In this document: positions 28,101 through 39,590 of the stretch, one piece after another
Numbering within the stretch: position 1 is the first letter of the stretch
How the letters are laid out: the number at the start of each line of letters is the position of its first letter
Assembly: GCA_030141605.1 (NCBI GenBank)
Contig: JAQGDQ010000321.1
Coordinates: 205,956-269,955 of the forward strand
Source of the DNA: Tubiluchus corallicola
Lineage: Eukaryota > Animalia > Priapulida
Direction of reading: 5' to 3'
DNA: 64,000 nucleotides
Program-made: the position numbers and the translations under genes
The notes under the pieces: generated by a model
The model's database searches: none
Seen by the model: the letters and a program-made list of their open reading frames with translations, nothing else
What the model was told of the DNA's origin: nothing

Positions 28101-31100
28101 GAAGTTTTTGGTATGTTAACTAGTTAACTTAATTAGTTGACTTGATTTTTTTATCTATGTAGCTGCAATGCTGCATATCTTGCAGTATTTTCAAACTTGT
28201 ATTGTCCCAATGTCATTTCTAATGCCAATTCTTAAACGCTGCTTGCAGTTAATCACACAACTGAGTCTTTTATTATTTAATCTGGTTATGTGATTATTTG
28301 ATTATTCACATATGACTGATATATATATATTCATATATGATTCATGTGGCTGGACTGATGTACTGTTGTCAGCTGTTCACAGTTTGCATGGGTGATACTG
28401 GACTGATGTACTGTTGTCAGTTGCTTCACAGTTTGCATGGGTGATACTGGACTGATGTACTGTTGTCAGTTGCTTCACAGTTTGCATGGGTGATGCTGGA
28501 CTGATGTACCGTCCCCAGCTGTTTCAAAGTTTGCATGGGTGATACTGGACCGATGTACCATTCCCAGCTGTTTCATAGTTTGCATGGGTGATACTGGACC
28601 GATGTACTGTTGTCAGTTGTTTCACAGTTTGCATGGGTGATACTGGACTGATGTACTGTTGTCAGTTGTTTCACAGTTTGCATGGGTGATACTGGACTGA
28701 TGTACTGTTGTCAGTTGTTTCACAGTTTTTGCATGGGTGATAATGGACTGATGTACTGTTCCCAGCTATTTCACAGTTTGCATGGGTGATACTGTCGTCT
28801 GTTATTATATGCACCTTTAATTGCATTTTAGGACTATTGGACTCTACAGTGAGAGAGGGAAAGATGGGTGCCCAAGAATTCATTTTACAGGATAGTTCTG
28901 GAAAAGTCAAGTGTGTCTTCTACCCAATTGTAAGTATAATTGGCTATTACTTTATCTTTCCTGTATTACTACAGTTGTCCCAGCAAAGTGGGTATCCATA
29001 GAATTATTGGGTCAGTGTCTGTGTTTGTCGGTCTCTCACCAGCTTTTCGCAGTCATGGAATAATCTAGAAAGTAGATACTTGGTACAGAGGTAAGGTATG
29101 TGCAAGAATTTAGTGCGGCTACTGTGTCTATCCGCTGTATAGAGCCAGTGCAGGTGATTGATGGAGAGCAGTAATAGTCATTTTAGCAAGTTATTATGTT
29201 GTGCATGACCGTCACCAGACAATAAGAATGAGTGACACACTAATTTAAACACACGCGATATGACAGAGATTTAGTTTCATTTAAGTGAAAATTACTATCC
29301 GTGTCAATTTTGATAATGTGCTTCGTCACTCAGGTGGCTGCCGAATTCCAGCGCTGCTTCGGTTTGGTGGAAAGCGACCCTATGGCCTGAGCTGCCTACG
29401 TGCAGAAGAGTGGCTACGGCTACCAGTGTATCCACACCTACCGCTTCGCCACGCTGTCCATCGCCGCAGGACTTTTTGTAGGTTTAGGGGGTAGGGATGA
29501 AGTCATGACTTGCGCGTTAATTTGATTAAAGTGAGGGAGAGTTGCGCAATGTCGTCAGCCTCACTCTCTCGTCCTCGCCCTTCTTTACCCAGTGGCATGA
29601 CATAGTCGAGACGACTGGAGATGGGTCCGGATGCAGTGGATGGCCATCAGCATCTTCGGTGCCTTGTTGTGCCCTGTTTGCGCTCCACAGCACTTCGCTG
29701 CGACTGCCTTCTTGCCCGTTGAACCAGACAGGTTTCTTCCGCGCTTTCCGCCAGCCTCAGTCTTCGTGTAGTTGGGATAGGCATATCTCACCCTCAGGCA
29801 GAGCCCTTGGGTTCACTCACGTAGTTTGGCCGGTCAGTCAAAACCGTTGCCCGGGGTGTGGCCACTGCCATACACAAGCAGTATCCGTGGAACCATACGT
29901 GAGCTAGATACAGGAGTGGGAACCAAGTAGGATCCAGGCCATCCCAATAGGGAGTGATTGCCTTTCACTGTGAGGTACCATCCCTCCTCTCGTACCCTAC
30001 ACCCATAATTTGATAATGTACTTTTGTGGAAGTTGACAGGTGTGGGGTCGATCTTATCTGTGGGACTATACCCCTCTGTTCGGGGTTCTCTAGTTAGTGA
30101 TAAACCACTCTGATTTTCTTTATTTTCACAATTTTTAAAACTTCAGTTCAGCGTGCAACATACTTATGGGTTGCATTTGTAGCCTTGTATCATTGTAAGT
30201 GGTATGTGTAATATTGTATTTTACTGTTAAATTAATAATTCTGCTATATATGCCCAAAAAATTGCACATATAAACCTTATTAAACTCTCAAAATATATAG
30301 TCCAAAAAGTCTGTTAAGACGTGATATGTGTAATAGTTACTTCTGATATAAAAAATATATTGAAAGAAAATGACCAGCAACTCATGGTTGTTAAAGCAAA
30401 TACCACTTATACTAAAGTATCAAAGATCTACCCAATAATATTTGGTAAATTTGCTATTGCTTATGATTAGATGATTAGCATAGCACCTACGTGTAATCAC
30501 CCAGACACTCTAATAGCTGGGCTTTTATGGATGCAAATTCTGTTGGGCATAGGCATCCTGGCTGTTTTTCTAGCTACATCTGCATATTGTTTATGTGTCA
30601 CGTGTCAACATCATGTTAGCTTGTTATTATTTACTGGTTAGCTTATAACCAATAGTTTGTCAGCAGACTTGTGGTCATTGATCAAAAGGTCAAAGTTTCT
30701 TTCCAATATGACAAACAGGTACACATTTTCCTTTGCTATTAAGTGTACAGTTGATGCATCTTGCACTTGGTATAAAAATGATAACTAATCCTAGTTTTTA
30801 ATCTTCTTAATTTGATTTTAATCTTTGATTTTAAATTGATCAATAATTTTTGTAAATCTGATAGACTGTGCCTGCAGCTGCTTTTGTGAATACTAAATCA
30901 TGTCTTTGATACTGGTTCTTGTTATCGTATGGGTTGCTTCATTGTTGCTTTTGTCGTGGCGAAAACGTCCTGCCGGAGTACCACCTGGACCTCGTGGCAT
31001 TCCACTGGTTGGAAATGCCTTGCAGTTTCGACATTCAATATCCACTTATTTTCTTGAAAATGGCAAGACTTATGGGGGCATGTTCAGTGTGTATTTGGGC

Positions 31101-34100
31101 TCTCAATTGTGTGTGGTTCTGACAGACTATGCGCTCATCAAAGAAGCATTTCTGAAGCTTGGTGCCAAGTTTTCCGGTAGGCCTATTTTAACTTTGCTGA
31201 AAGTGACAGAAATGGACAAGAATGGAAAACTGCATGGTAAGAAACCTGAACTATTTAATCATTAACAACGTCAGTTCATGTTAATCTCGGCTTGTATGTT
31301 CATGTTATTACTAGATAATGATCTGGATAATGGCAATCTTCATTCTCCAATTTTTTTGTTTTGTACAATTTCGCTTGCTAACCTAATGTAAACCTGTTTG
31401 TAATTTTTTAGGTTTATTGTTCCCGGAAGGCAGCCTCTGGCGAGAACAGCGTACGTTTGCCCTTAGTGCATTGCGTGATTTCGGTATGGGTAAACTCTCT
31501 CTTGAAGGGAAGATTCATGAAGAGGTGACAGCATTGCTTCAGGAGTTTCGGCAGTATGGTAGCAAACCATTTGACTGCAAGATAATCATGCAAAATGCCG
31601 TCTCAAATGTGATTTGCAATATTATTTATGGCAACAGATTTGAATATGGCGACAAGGATTTCCTTGAGTTGCTGGACCACCTCAATACTCGAATCAACAC
31701 GACAAACTTTGGCAGCATTGTTAACGTACTACCATTTCTAATGTATTTTTCATGGCATAAAAACTCAGCTGTCGCAAAAAACAAGACGGCGATGAAAGGC
31801 TTGTACAATTATACTGAGAAACGAATCAAGGAACATCAGGAGCATTATGACCGAGAGAATATTCGTGATTTCATTGATGCCTACCTCAAGCAAATAGAAG
31901 ATGAAAAAATTAAAGGCAACATTGGCACTACTTTTACTGGTAAGTTGTGCCAGTTAAGTGCTAGAGTAATGATAATCCTTTTATAATTGTTTCTGATGTT
32001 ATAACTGCATATTTATCTGAATTGTTGAAAAAAATTGGAATTATTACCAACCATCAACTGGGGTGTACTTAATTATTCACTATGCAATCAAGATGGCTTT
32101 TTGTTATATCAAAATCGTTGTACCTATTCTAATACACTCTCTTTCCTGTATCTGTAATTGATCGGAATATTCTAACTGATAACATCAGAGTAGCCCCAAT
32201 TATGAACAGTTTGCAAAAAAGTTTGAACAGTATTTAAACTTTTCCTGTCGTCCAAAATTCTACACATACATGACATTTATTCAAATGCTATATACATCAT
32301 AGTTAGTTAGTTAGTTTATTTACTGACATTAATACAGGGAAAATACACTAAATAATCTTATGAAAAATGTCCATGTTGTATACTATAGAGTTAGAGCGCG
32401 TAACAAACCAAATTTTATCATTTAAATGGATTCAAAACTTTGTAAAAAAGCTACAAAAAGTAGTTAAATCAAACAACTTATTAAAGGATTGGTTTCTAAA
32501 ATCTTCAGGAAGCTGACAATAACAATACATGTTCCTAATCTTGTATATCTCTGCCACATATATAAAGCCTTTGATTAGATGGAATTCTACAATGTTCTAA
32601 CGAGCAAAGATTTGTAATATACAAAGCATGGACAGAGAATTGTGGATTAATCTTCCTGAGATAGTATTGCCTACGTGTTTGACCTGACGCTTTTGTTATA
32701 TCCTTCATACTATTCATTTTCACTTGTAGTCTGTTACATATAATAATATACATTGGTGTTTTCTCGTGTTCTACTAATTTCAAAACCTTGTTCAATGGGA
32801 ATTAAGACAAGATTAAGAGTAGGCTTTTTGCACAGCACAGATTGATGATCTTAACAATCGTGGATGCAGGGACAGTACCAGCAACATTGTTGATCCAAGT
32901 TGTGCATGTTGTTATCATAGACAAACTGTAATGCACTACTGCTCATTTGGGCTTGGTGTATAACATGAGCAGATGGGACATTGGAAGTGATTGTTACAAT
33001 TACATCAAAAATTAATTCTATTAGATATATATATAGTCTTAGTACTCAAATTAAACCTACAACACTTCTTTCGTGTAATTCCTCACTAAATCATCACCAA
33101 AACGTTTTTTTTATTTTACATTGTTCAGCATTATATAGGCTCCACCCACAGTTTTAATAGGGTAACATACGTGATGCCTTGTTTTTCAAAAAAAATTAAC
33201 GATAATTTGAAATTGTATTGTCGGACAAAAAATAATCTTAGCCTGTCATATGTAATGCTTCCGACTAAGCACTACAAATTAAGTAAACAACTGCATACCA
33301 AAGGTAGCAATAAAGTAAAAAACTTGTTTATAAAAACACTAGGCTCAGTCAATTCAAGTATGAACTTGTGTAAGATCTCAGCTTCCCATAGGTTCATTTT
33401 ACTTGTGTATTTTTTGCTTACACCGTTTTTTCAGTTACAGAGTTAGGCTCACGTGTCTGTAAATTTTCTCCTTAATTCTTTATTCAGTCAATACCTATGA
33501 CCATGCTGACGATGTAATAAAATGCCTTATTTGAAGTATGTAGTTATATGAATTAACCTGCCACACTAAGATTAATGTGAAGTGGCATCAGTCTTTGCCA
33601 CATAGAAATTACCTAGGCTGTGATTTTATTAATGGCCTCTGGTAAATTTTGAGTGATCAGTGATAAATTGGTGATTGGTCCTCTGAGTTACATTTTTAGT
33701 ATTTGTTTTTCCTACTTTTTAGTGAAATTTAATACACTTAACAATATTATTTGCACATCATCAATGTTTTTTTTGCAGTAAATGAACTTATAACTGTCGT
33801 TGGACATTTGTTCATTGCTGGCACGGAGACCACGTCAACAACCTTACGCTGGTTTTTTGTTTACATGATGAATTATCCAGAGACGCAGAAAAAGATTCAA
33901 GCAGAGATTGATGATGTAGTCGGTCATGGCCGTCTGCCTTCAGTGAAAGACAGACCAAACATGCCATATACTGAAGCTTTTATGACGGAAGTCCAGCGTA
34001 TATGTAAGTATAACATCTTGTTGACAGTGAAATCTTAAAATTTATGAATTTGGAATATGTTTCTAAATTCTTTTACATTAGAAAATACAAAAATGGAAAT

Positions 34101-37100
34101 TCTATCAAAGTTATATTGTGTAATATTAATGTAAATAAGTAAGCTTTGCAGATACCTTTTTATATATATATTTGTAGTCCCTGCCTAACATGCATCTAGT
34201 GTGTTTTTGTGGCATTGTGTTATATAAGACAACTGCTAATTCATGTCAGGATGCTATAATTTGTAATAATGTATGATTTTCTATGGTTATTGGATATAAA
34301 ACTATATTTGTTATATTAAATCACGTACGACAAGGTTTCCTTTACCAAGGAATCAATTTTTTTGGTAGTGTGTCGCTCTGCAAGTCAAGAGATAGTATGA
34401 CAATAGATATTATCCAAAAGCAACTTAAACAGCATCACCCATCCTTTTATTAGCTCCAGGCCTAGTGTTGCTGATCATCCCAATCAAGTGCACGAGCACA
34501 CTCACACCTATTCCTCTCACCCATGACCGTCAGTAATTAACAATACAATTTTATTTATTTTAACATATGAAATGTTTAAAACTTATTGCATATGTCTTCC
34601 ATGGCACACAGTGGTAGGCACAGCCTTCGTAATATAATTTTACTGTTTACTTTTGTTGGTATATAAAATGTATTTAGTTATTTATTTATTTTTGTACCTA
34701 ATAAATAATAATAATAATATGATTGTAGTTATTTGTGTGCATGTAACAAATTTTAACTTGTTAACTTTTGATTATTTTTTTGTTAATGCAGCTCCCATAT
34801 TGCCCATAAACTTGCTACACAAAACTACGACTGATGCACAGTTGAATGGATATACTATTCCCTCAGACACCATCATGATTGGCTGCATCTATGCTTCCCA
34901 TATGGATCCCAGCTACTTCCCCGAACCAGAAAAGTTTAATCCCGAAAGGTTCATCGATGCCGATGGGAAAGTTAAGACAAAATGTGACGGCTTCATGCCA
35001 TTCTCCATAGGTACATTATTGAAAGTTCTATTTTACCATACTTCATTCATTATAGTTTTATTTTAACATAGTTATAGCAGTGAAGTGGGTGTACGTTGAA
35101 CAAATAAGTCAAGGAGGTATGCAGTAGTGTCAGTCATTTACTAGAGCAGATCAGTAATTAAACTTGACGATACGCAACAAATTGCAGCATTTAGCAGAAA
35201 CAACTAATTATTCCCATCACACACAAGACAAAATCTGTCAGCAACAACTTGTATGACATGCATTTTTGCTCGTGTGCACACTCGATAGACACTGTGATAC
35301 CAGTTTTGCTGCACGCAGGTTTATATTAGAAGTGCTTAATTTTCTGTCTCAGACAAACACATCCTGCTTCTATGTGCACACTCAGTGCAGCAACTTGCAT
35401 TAGACAAAACAAGTTCATCTAACATGTTATCTAATAATTGTTCACTCAGGTTTTTGTATGCCATATTGCTTCATATAAAAGCTACCATGTTTGTGCAAAT
35501 TTAGCGGGAGATGATTTTATCAGACAGTTTACTGCATACAGATTTTTTGCCATGTGCAACTAACATTAGGCTTACTTCTAATACTCTTGCAATTCTGTAG
35601 ATGCAAGACTGTAGGTCTAAACCAAAAACATTAAATTTTTCTCAAGTATGTCAAGTGCAACTGGTTTACAGGCAAATTTGAAAAATTTATGCCTGAAAAT
35701 TGAATGAGTTGAAATGATCCCACTTGTGAGGCTGATAGTAATTTTTCACTCATTATAAAATTGGGCTAATTTTGTGGCCCGATTAATTTAACTTCTTGGT
35801 TCATATAAATGAAGTAATTACCTGATAATCAAATCTCGTATGATATTCATAGAAATGCTATTGTTTTTCGAATATCTGTGTGTGACTATTACCATAACTC
35901 TCAAACTTGTATGTAGCCATGCTTCAAGTGATTGTACACAGAAGTCCTTGTCTAGACACTAAAATGGTTTTGACAACCACATACAGAGCAAATATAAATT
36001 GAAATTAGACACAAACTAACATTTATGTTACTGTCAGAAATACATGTTACTTTTCTGAAAGTTTAATATTACTACCCAGCAGTGCAGATATATTATTATA
36101 ACTTTGGGTAACTAGAATGTTTAGTTTTAATTTTCAATTCAACAACATATTGTCATTTTGTCTCTTACAGGTTGGCGTGTCTGCCTTGGTGAAATGCTGG
36201 CAAAGATGGAATTATTCCTTTTCTTTACAGCGATACTGCAAAATTTCACAATTGTACCAAAAGACGGCTGCCCACCAGCTGTAACTAACAGTACATTTGA
36301 TATTGGTGCTGCTGTAAATGCTCCTCTTCCATATGATATGCGGTTAATTATGCGCGAATAAAGTAAACGATGTGTTAGCTATAGATAAACTGCTTGTAAA
36401 ATTAGGCCACTCTAGTATCTTAAAATAAATTAGTGTGAGAAAGGGCTAGCAAACATGTACTGTAGACACCCAAAGCGATTTATTATTTTATTACCATTTA
36501 CTACTCAAATTTTCGTAATAGTTATAGAGTCATATTAAATTGCTATTGTGTTAAAATTTGGATGTAGTGAAAAAACTGGAAATAGTGTTTAAATAGTTTT
36601 CATAGATTTATAGTAACTGCATTCAATACTTAAACTGTACAAATTGTACAGTTATGCTGGTATTTTATTATACTATTGATAAAACTTAAATACATGTAAC
36701 ATATGTTGAAAAAACTGTCTGTATTTTAGGTATGTAGTGTCATTTTTTGTTATGTTTATAATTCAAAGTCATGAAGTGCCTTGTTAAACTGCATTGACAT
36801 ATAACTCAAATGAATGTATTACATATGCTGACTGGATAAAAATAACAATGTAAATGCCACAAATGTCACTAATTGAAGACATTTAACTTATGATAATCAC
36901 AATAATAAACTATAATAATTCTGCATCATAAGCATAATCGATCAATATACACCAAGTTGTTGCAATACCTTACTATTACTAATAAAATAAAGTTTGTTTT
37001 TGAGATATCATATTGTGTTACTTTTCAATTGGCAAAATAAGTTAAAAAAGTTTCAAAATGCATTTTAGTATATTTCTGTGAGCTAATCGATTAATCTTTG

Positions 37101-38754
37101 TCACAACAACATGTTATACTAATTTAGTAATAATAATAAAGTACAGTTAAGAGCTTTCTCTTCATGATTGTTAGGTAAATTACACTAAGCTTCACGAATT
37201 TTGCTTATTAGTTTGTGAAAGTTGTTTTGATAGGCATGCTCACATAATTATCCCTAATATATTGACTAAAATTTAGAAAAGTATTTATGCAAGGATCTTT
37301 ATTATAGAATTATCTGCCATTATTTTTAGTGCACTTAAAAAATCATGTATTTCATGTCAAGTGCTCAAGAAAAGTATCTTGGTCAAGCTTAAATGGTAAA
37401 CATGAGCAAAGCAGACATTCAGTCAGCTAAATGTTTTATGCATGCACCAATTCATTATTTAGGAAATTTTCTATTTGCTCCGCTAATCTTAGTGTTATCT
37501 TGTTTAAGAATTACTGTGTCAGTTTATGAAATATATGTAATTTTGTGCTTTCACAGAAAATTCACATTTCCTACAGGCTACAACGATGGTATTATAAATT
37601 TTTCTTGTGTAAGTACTATACTTTAAAAATGTGTGCTCAGCTGCATTTCTTACAATTCAATGCCCACTCTGAGTTCAGTTCATAAAGTGTCTAATTTCAA
37701 GAATGGAATAAAGAATATTTAAGTATTCGAAAAGTTTAGATGACCTTCGTTCTATCCATTAATAAATTTTTATCCATGCTTATTATGGAGTAATATGAGG
37801 AAGGAACATTATAAACTACAACACAGAAACAGTCTAATAGTATTACTTGCGAAATACACTGCTCTGTGAGATAATTCCCTTACAGGTAGCTTTAGGACTT
37901 CTTTGTGTTCATAATTCTTATATTATGGTAGTTTATATATTGTAATTTTGTGTCTGTTATATTTTTGTCTGTTAATAGCTACATTAAGATGTAACTGCCA
38001 CCCTTATTCATCCAAAATTACTTCAGAAAATCATTTCCAGCCAATTAAACCACTCGAGTACTCAGCACCGATTACCGTTTTGATTTGTAGTTTAGTTACG
38101 AATGGCTTCTGCATGTTAGGCATGGCTAGCTCCGATGGGCACTTTGCTGTTAACAGTGCGACGATTAATCACATTGTTGCCGTATATGGATTAAACAAAC
38201 TTATTTTACATCCGGGCCTAGGAAATTCTGAGCAATTGTAGGCTATGCTCAAATAGCTTTCAGTTTTCAGTTAATAAAAGGTGTAGCAGTAGGGTCAGAG
38301 CTAACATCTCTTGCTTCGTTCTCATATAGTTATCCCCCTAAATTTTTAGCACTACACTTGGTAACACTCCTGTTAAGCTCCCAGTAAGCACTTTAGCCCT
38401 GTTATGTACTTTACCAATTATCCAGTCCTACTAAATTTTCTTAGAATTCAAGGTGGTCTCAATGGATCAAAAAAGTAAAAGAACTAAAATGATTTCAGTA
38501 AAGTATTCATCGCAAGTTTTCTCAATATTGCAGAGCCTAATTAAAAGTATTTACGTTTTTAGGATCGGCCACTTTCCTGTATGGCTAGAGGCAGTTGGCA
38601 CAAATGCGTGGGACGCTTTAATCCAGTCACACAGACTCTGAACTGTGTGTGTGTGTTTCGAGCTACAGAAGATGAAAAGAAAATAACGAAGGTTGCAATT
38701 AGTGCATCTAATGCAGCAATGAGTAAAGCTGTAGCATTGCTAAGTGAATCGTGA
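25113..38754 (+). CDS. SPATA22: Spermatogenesis-associated protein 22 (meiotic OB-fold partner of MEIOB), ~386 aa, 7 coding exons
   Basis: Exons 25113-25212, 25318-25401, 26525-26594, 26965-27448, 27978-28110, 28832-28929 and 38563-38754 join in phase (1161 nt). The N-terminal [19 protein letters not shown] resembles SPATA22 PVPLFNQKKRNRQPLTSNP. The C-terminal [17 protein letters not shown]...MFEVFGLLDS...[27 protein letters not shown]...NCVCV matches the SPATA22 OB fold (DNSLRIISAVIESMKYW...LFEVLAVLDS...PCVFYEIDRELPRLIRGRVHRCVGNY). Exons 2-3 lie in low-conservation sequence and are less certain. Confidence 0.85.
28343..28795. repeat. 49-bp minisatellite, ~9 copies, in a SPATA22 intron
   Basis: Unit GGGTGATACTGGACTGATGTACTGTTGTCAGTTGTTTCACAGTTTGCAT starting at 28390, 28439, 28488, 28537, 28586, 28635, 28684, 28735 and (partial) 28784. 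Confidence 0.95.
29324..30004 (-). mobile_element. Non-autonomous element resembling the 5' UTR of an RTE-clade non-LTR retrotransposon
   Basis: Sharply GC-rich block in an AT-rich intron, flanked by direct repeats TTTGATAATGTGCTT (29309-29323) and TTTGATAATGTACTT (30009-30023). No RT or endonuclease ORF. It begins with an HDV-like ribozyme, as many RTE elements do. The RTE assignment comes from recalled similarity, not a search. Confidence 0.7.
29816..30004 (-). ncRNA. HDV-like (double-pseudoknot) self-cleaving ribozyme
   Basis: On the minus strand: P1 GGGUGU (30004-29999) / ACACCC(C) (29859-29853); P2 CUCACGUA (29903-29896) / UACGUGAG (29823-29816); P3 GGU (29894-29892) / GCC (29862-29860); L3 UCCACG; P1.1 CC/GG; then GGGCAAC as in genomic HDV; P4 CGGU/ACCG; J4/2 G-C-C-A-A with the putative catalytic C at 29829. 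Confidence 0.78.
30900..36361 (+). CDS. Cytochrome P450, clan 2 (CYP2-like), 499 aa, 5 coding exons
   Basis: Exons 30900-31236, 31412-31939, 33779-34003, 34792-35010 and 36171-36361 total 1500 nt, and all introns are phase 1 GT-AG. Motifs: N-terminal anchor plus PPGP hinge, C-helix WREQR, I-helix [10 protein letters not shown]-helix EVQR, PERF, and heme loop [12 protein letters not shown] across exons 4/5. Confidence 0.95.
32320..33160. mobile_element. Two back-to-back decayed LINE 3' fragments in P450 intron 2
   Basis: Minus strand gives ...SVHALYI...[17 protein letters not shown]. Plus strand gives [19 protein letters not shown] and a frameshifted ...[11 protein letters not shown]...FYIVQHYI. 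Both resemble Cys/His-containing C-termini of non-LTR ORF2 and are disrupted. Confidence 0.45.
38563..38754 (+). CDS. SPATA22: SPATA22 terminal exon, downstream of the nested P450
   Basis: TTTTTAG acceptor, then [63 protein letters not shown]. It continues KCVFYPI in phase 0 and completes the OB fold. This frame is absent from the ORF track. Confidence 0.85.
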   Translation, partial: DRPLSCMARGSWHKCVGRFNPVTQTLNCVCVFRATEDEKKITKVAISASNAAMSKAVALLSES

Positions 38755-38986
38755 AGCGTTGTCAAAAGTGAATGTGACAGAATGTGATATTCAAATAAGT
38801 ACAAGATTACTTGTTAGCCCACTTTAAATTGTTAATAAATTTAGTTCAAATATTGTGGTTATTACGTATTTATTAAAAACGGTAATTGCATATATTTTCA
38901 TTATATATTTATTTGTTTGTTTGTGATGTTGATTTTTTACATTTTTATTACATACAGGGTTATTGCAAACAAGTTCTGTATAACAT

Positions 38987-39590
38987 CAGGTGGTGCAGAA
39001 AAATGTGCCCAAGTTTAGATTTCAATACTATTAGAAGCAATTTCACAGTCTGATGTTTCAATAAATTTACTTTTGCCTGTGAAATTTGCAAGTTTATGTT
39101 TTAGTAGTTTTTAGGTTAAAACAGTAAATAAAGCACAGATAAAAATTCGTTGTCAAGGAAAAATGGGACAGTCATCAGGTTTACCATATCTAGAATTGCC
39201 CTAAACTGTGCATAATAGCTGCACAAAGCCGTTTGATGCAGAGGAACTACATAATTGCGAAATTTGTTAAGCGCAGGGACTAAACACGCACTAAAAAGCG
39301 AAAAACTATTGAGTATCAAGAAACATCTTCGTCTACCTTATATCGAAAATGGTGGACAACAAAGCTCTTGTAAATTTAGCATTAGTAGCATAATGAAATT
39401 TTTTGCCACATTTATATTTTTGACTTGTTGATTTAAAATTTCTGTATCTTTGGAAAAATTGAAAGTAACGCCCTGCAAATCAGTGCCGTGAGTAAAATTT
39501 CTGCAAAATCAGCTTAGCAATTTTGTAGAGATTCTGCTATCTTCTTATAATATCAAGGTCAAATCTTCGGCACATTTTTTGTGCCACCTA
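38987..39590. mobile_element. MITE with long imperfect TIRs (Tc1/mariner-like ends)
   Basis: Left CAGGTGGTGCAGAAAAATGTGCCCAAGTTTAGATTTCAATACTATTAGAAG versus right reverse complement TAGGTGGCACAAAAAATGTGCCGAAGATTTGACCTTGATATTATAAGAAG. Similarity extends over ~120 bp. Confidence 0.65.

Noticed and set aside
28343-28795. CRISPR array or coding repeat (ORF 28671-28910)
   Set aside because: Whole 49-bp units repeat with no unique spacers, the unit is not a multiple of 3, and it is intronic.
29285-29907. ORFs of 69, 121 and 68 aa in the GC-rich block as proteins
   Set aside because: No recognisable motifs. They are explained by stop-codon scarcity in the GC-rich retroelement UTR.
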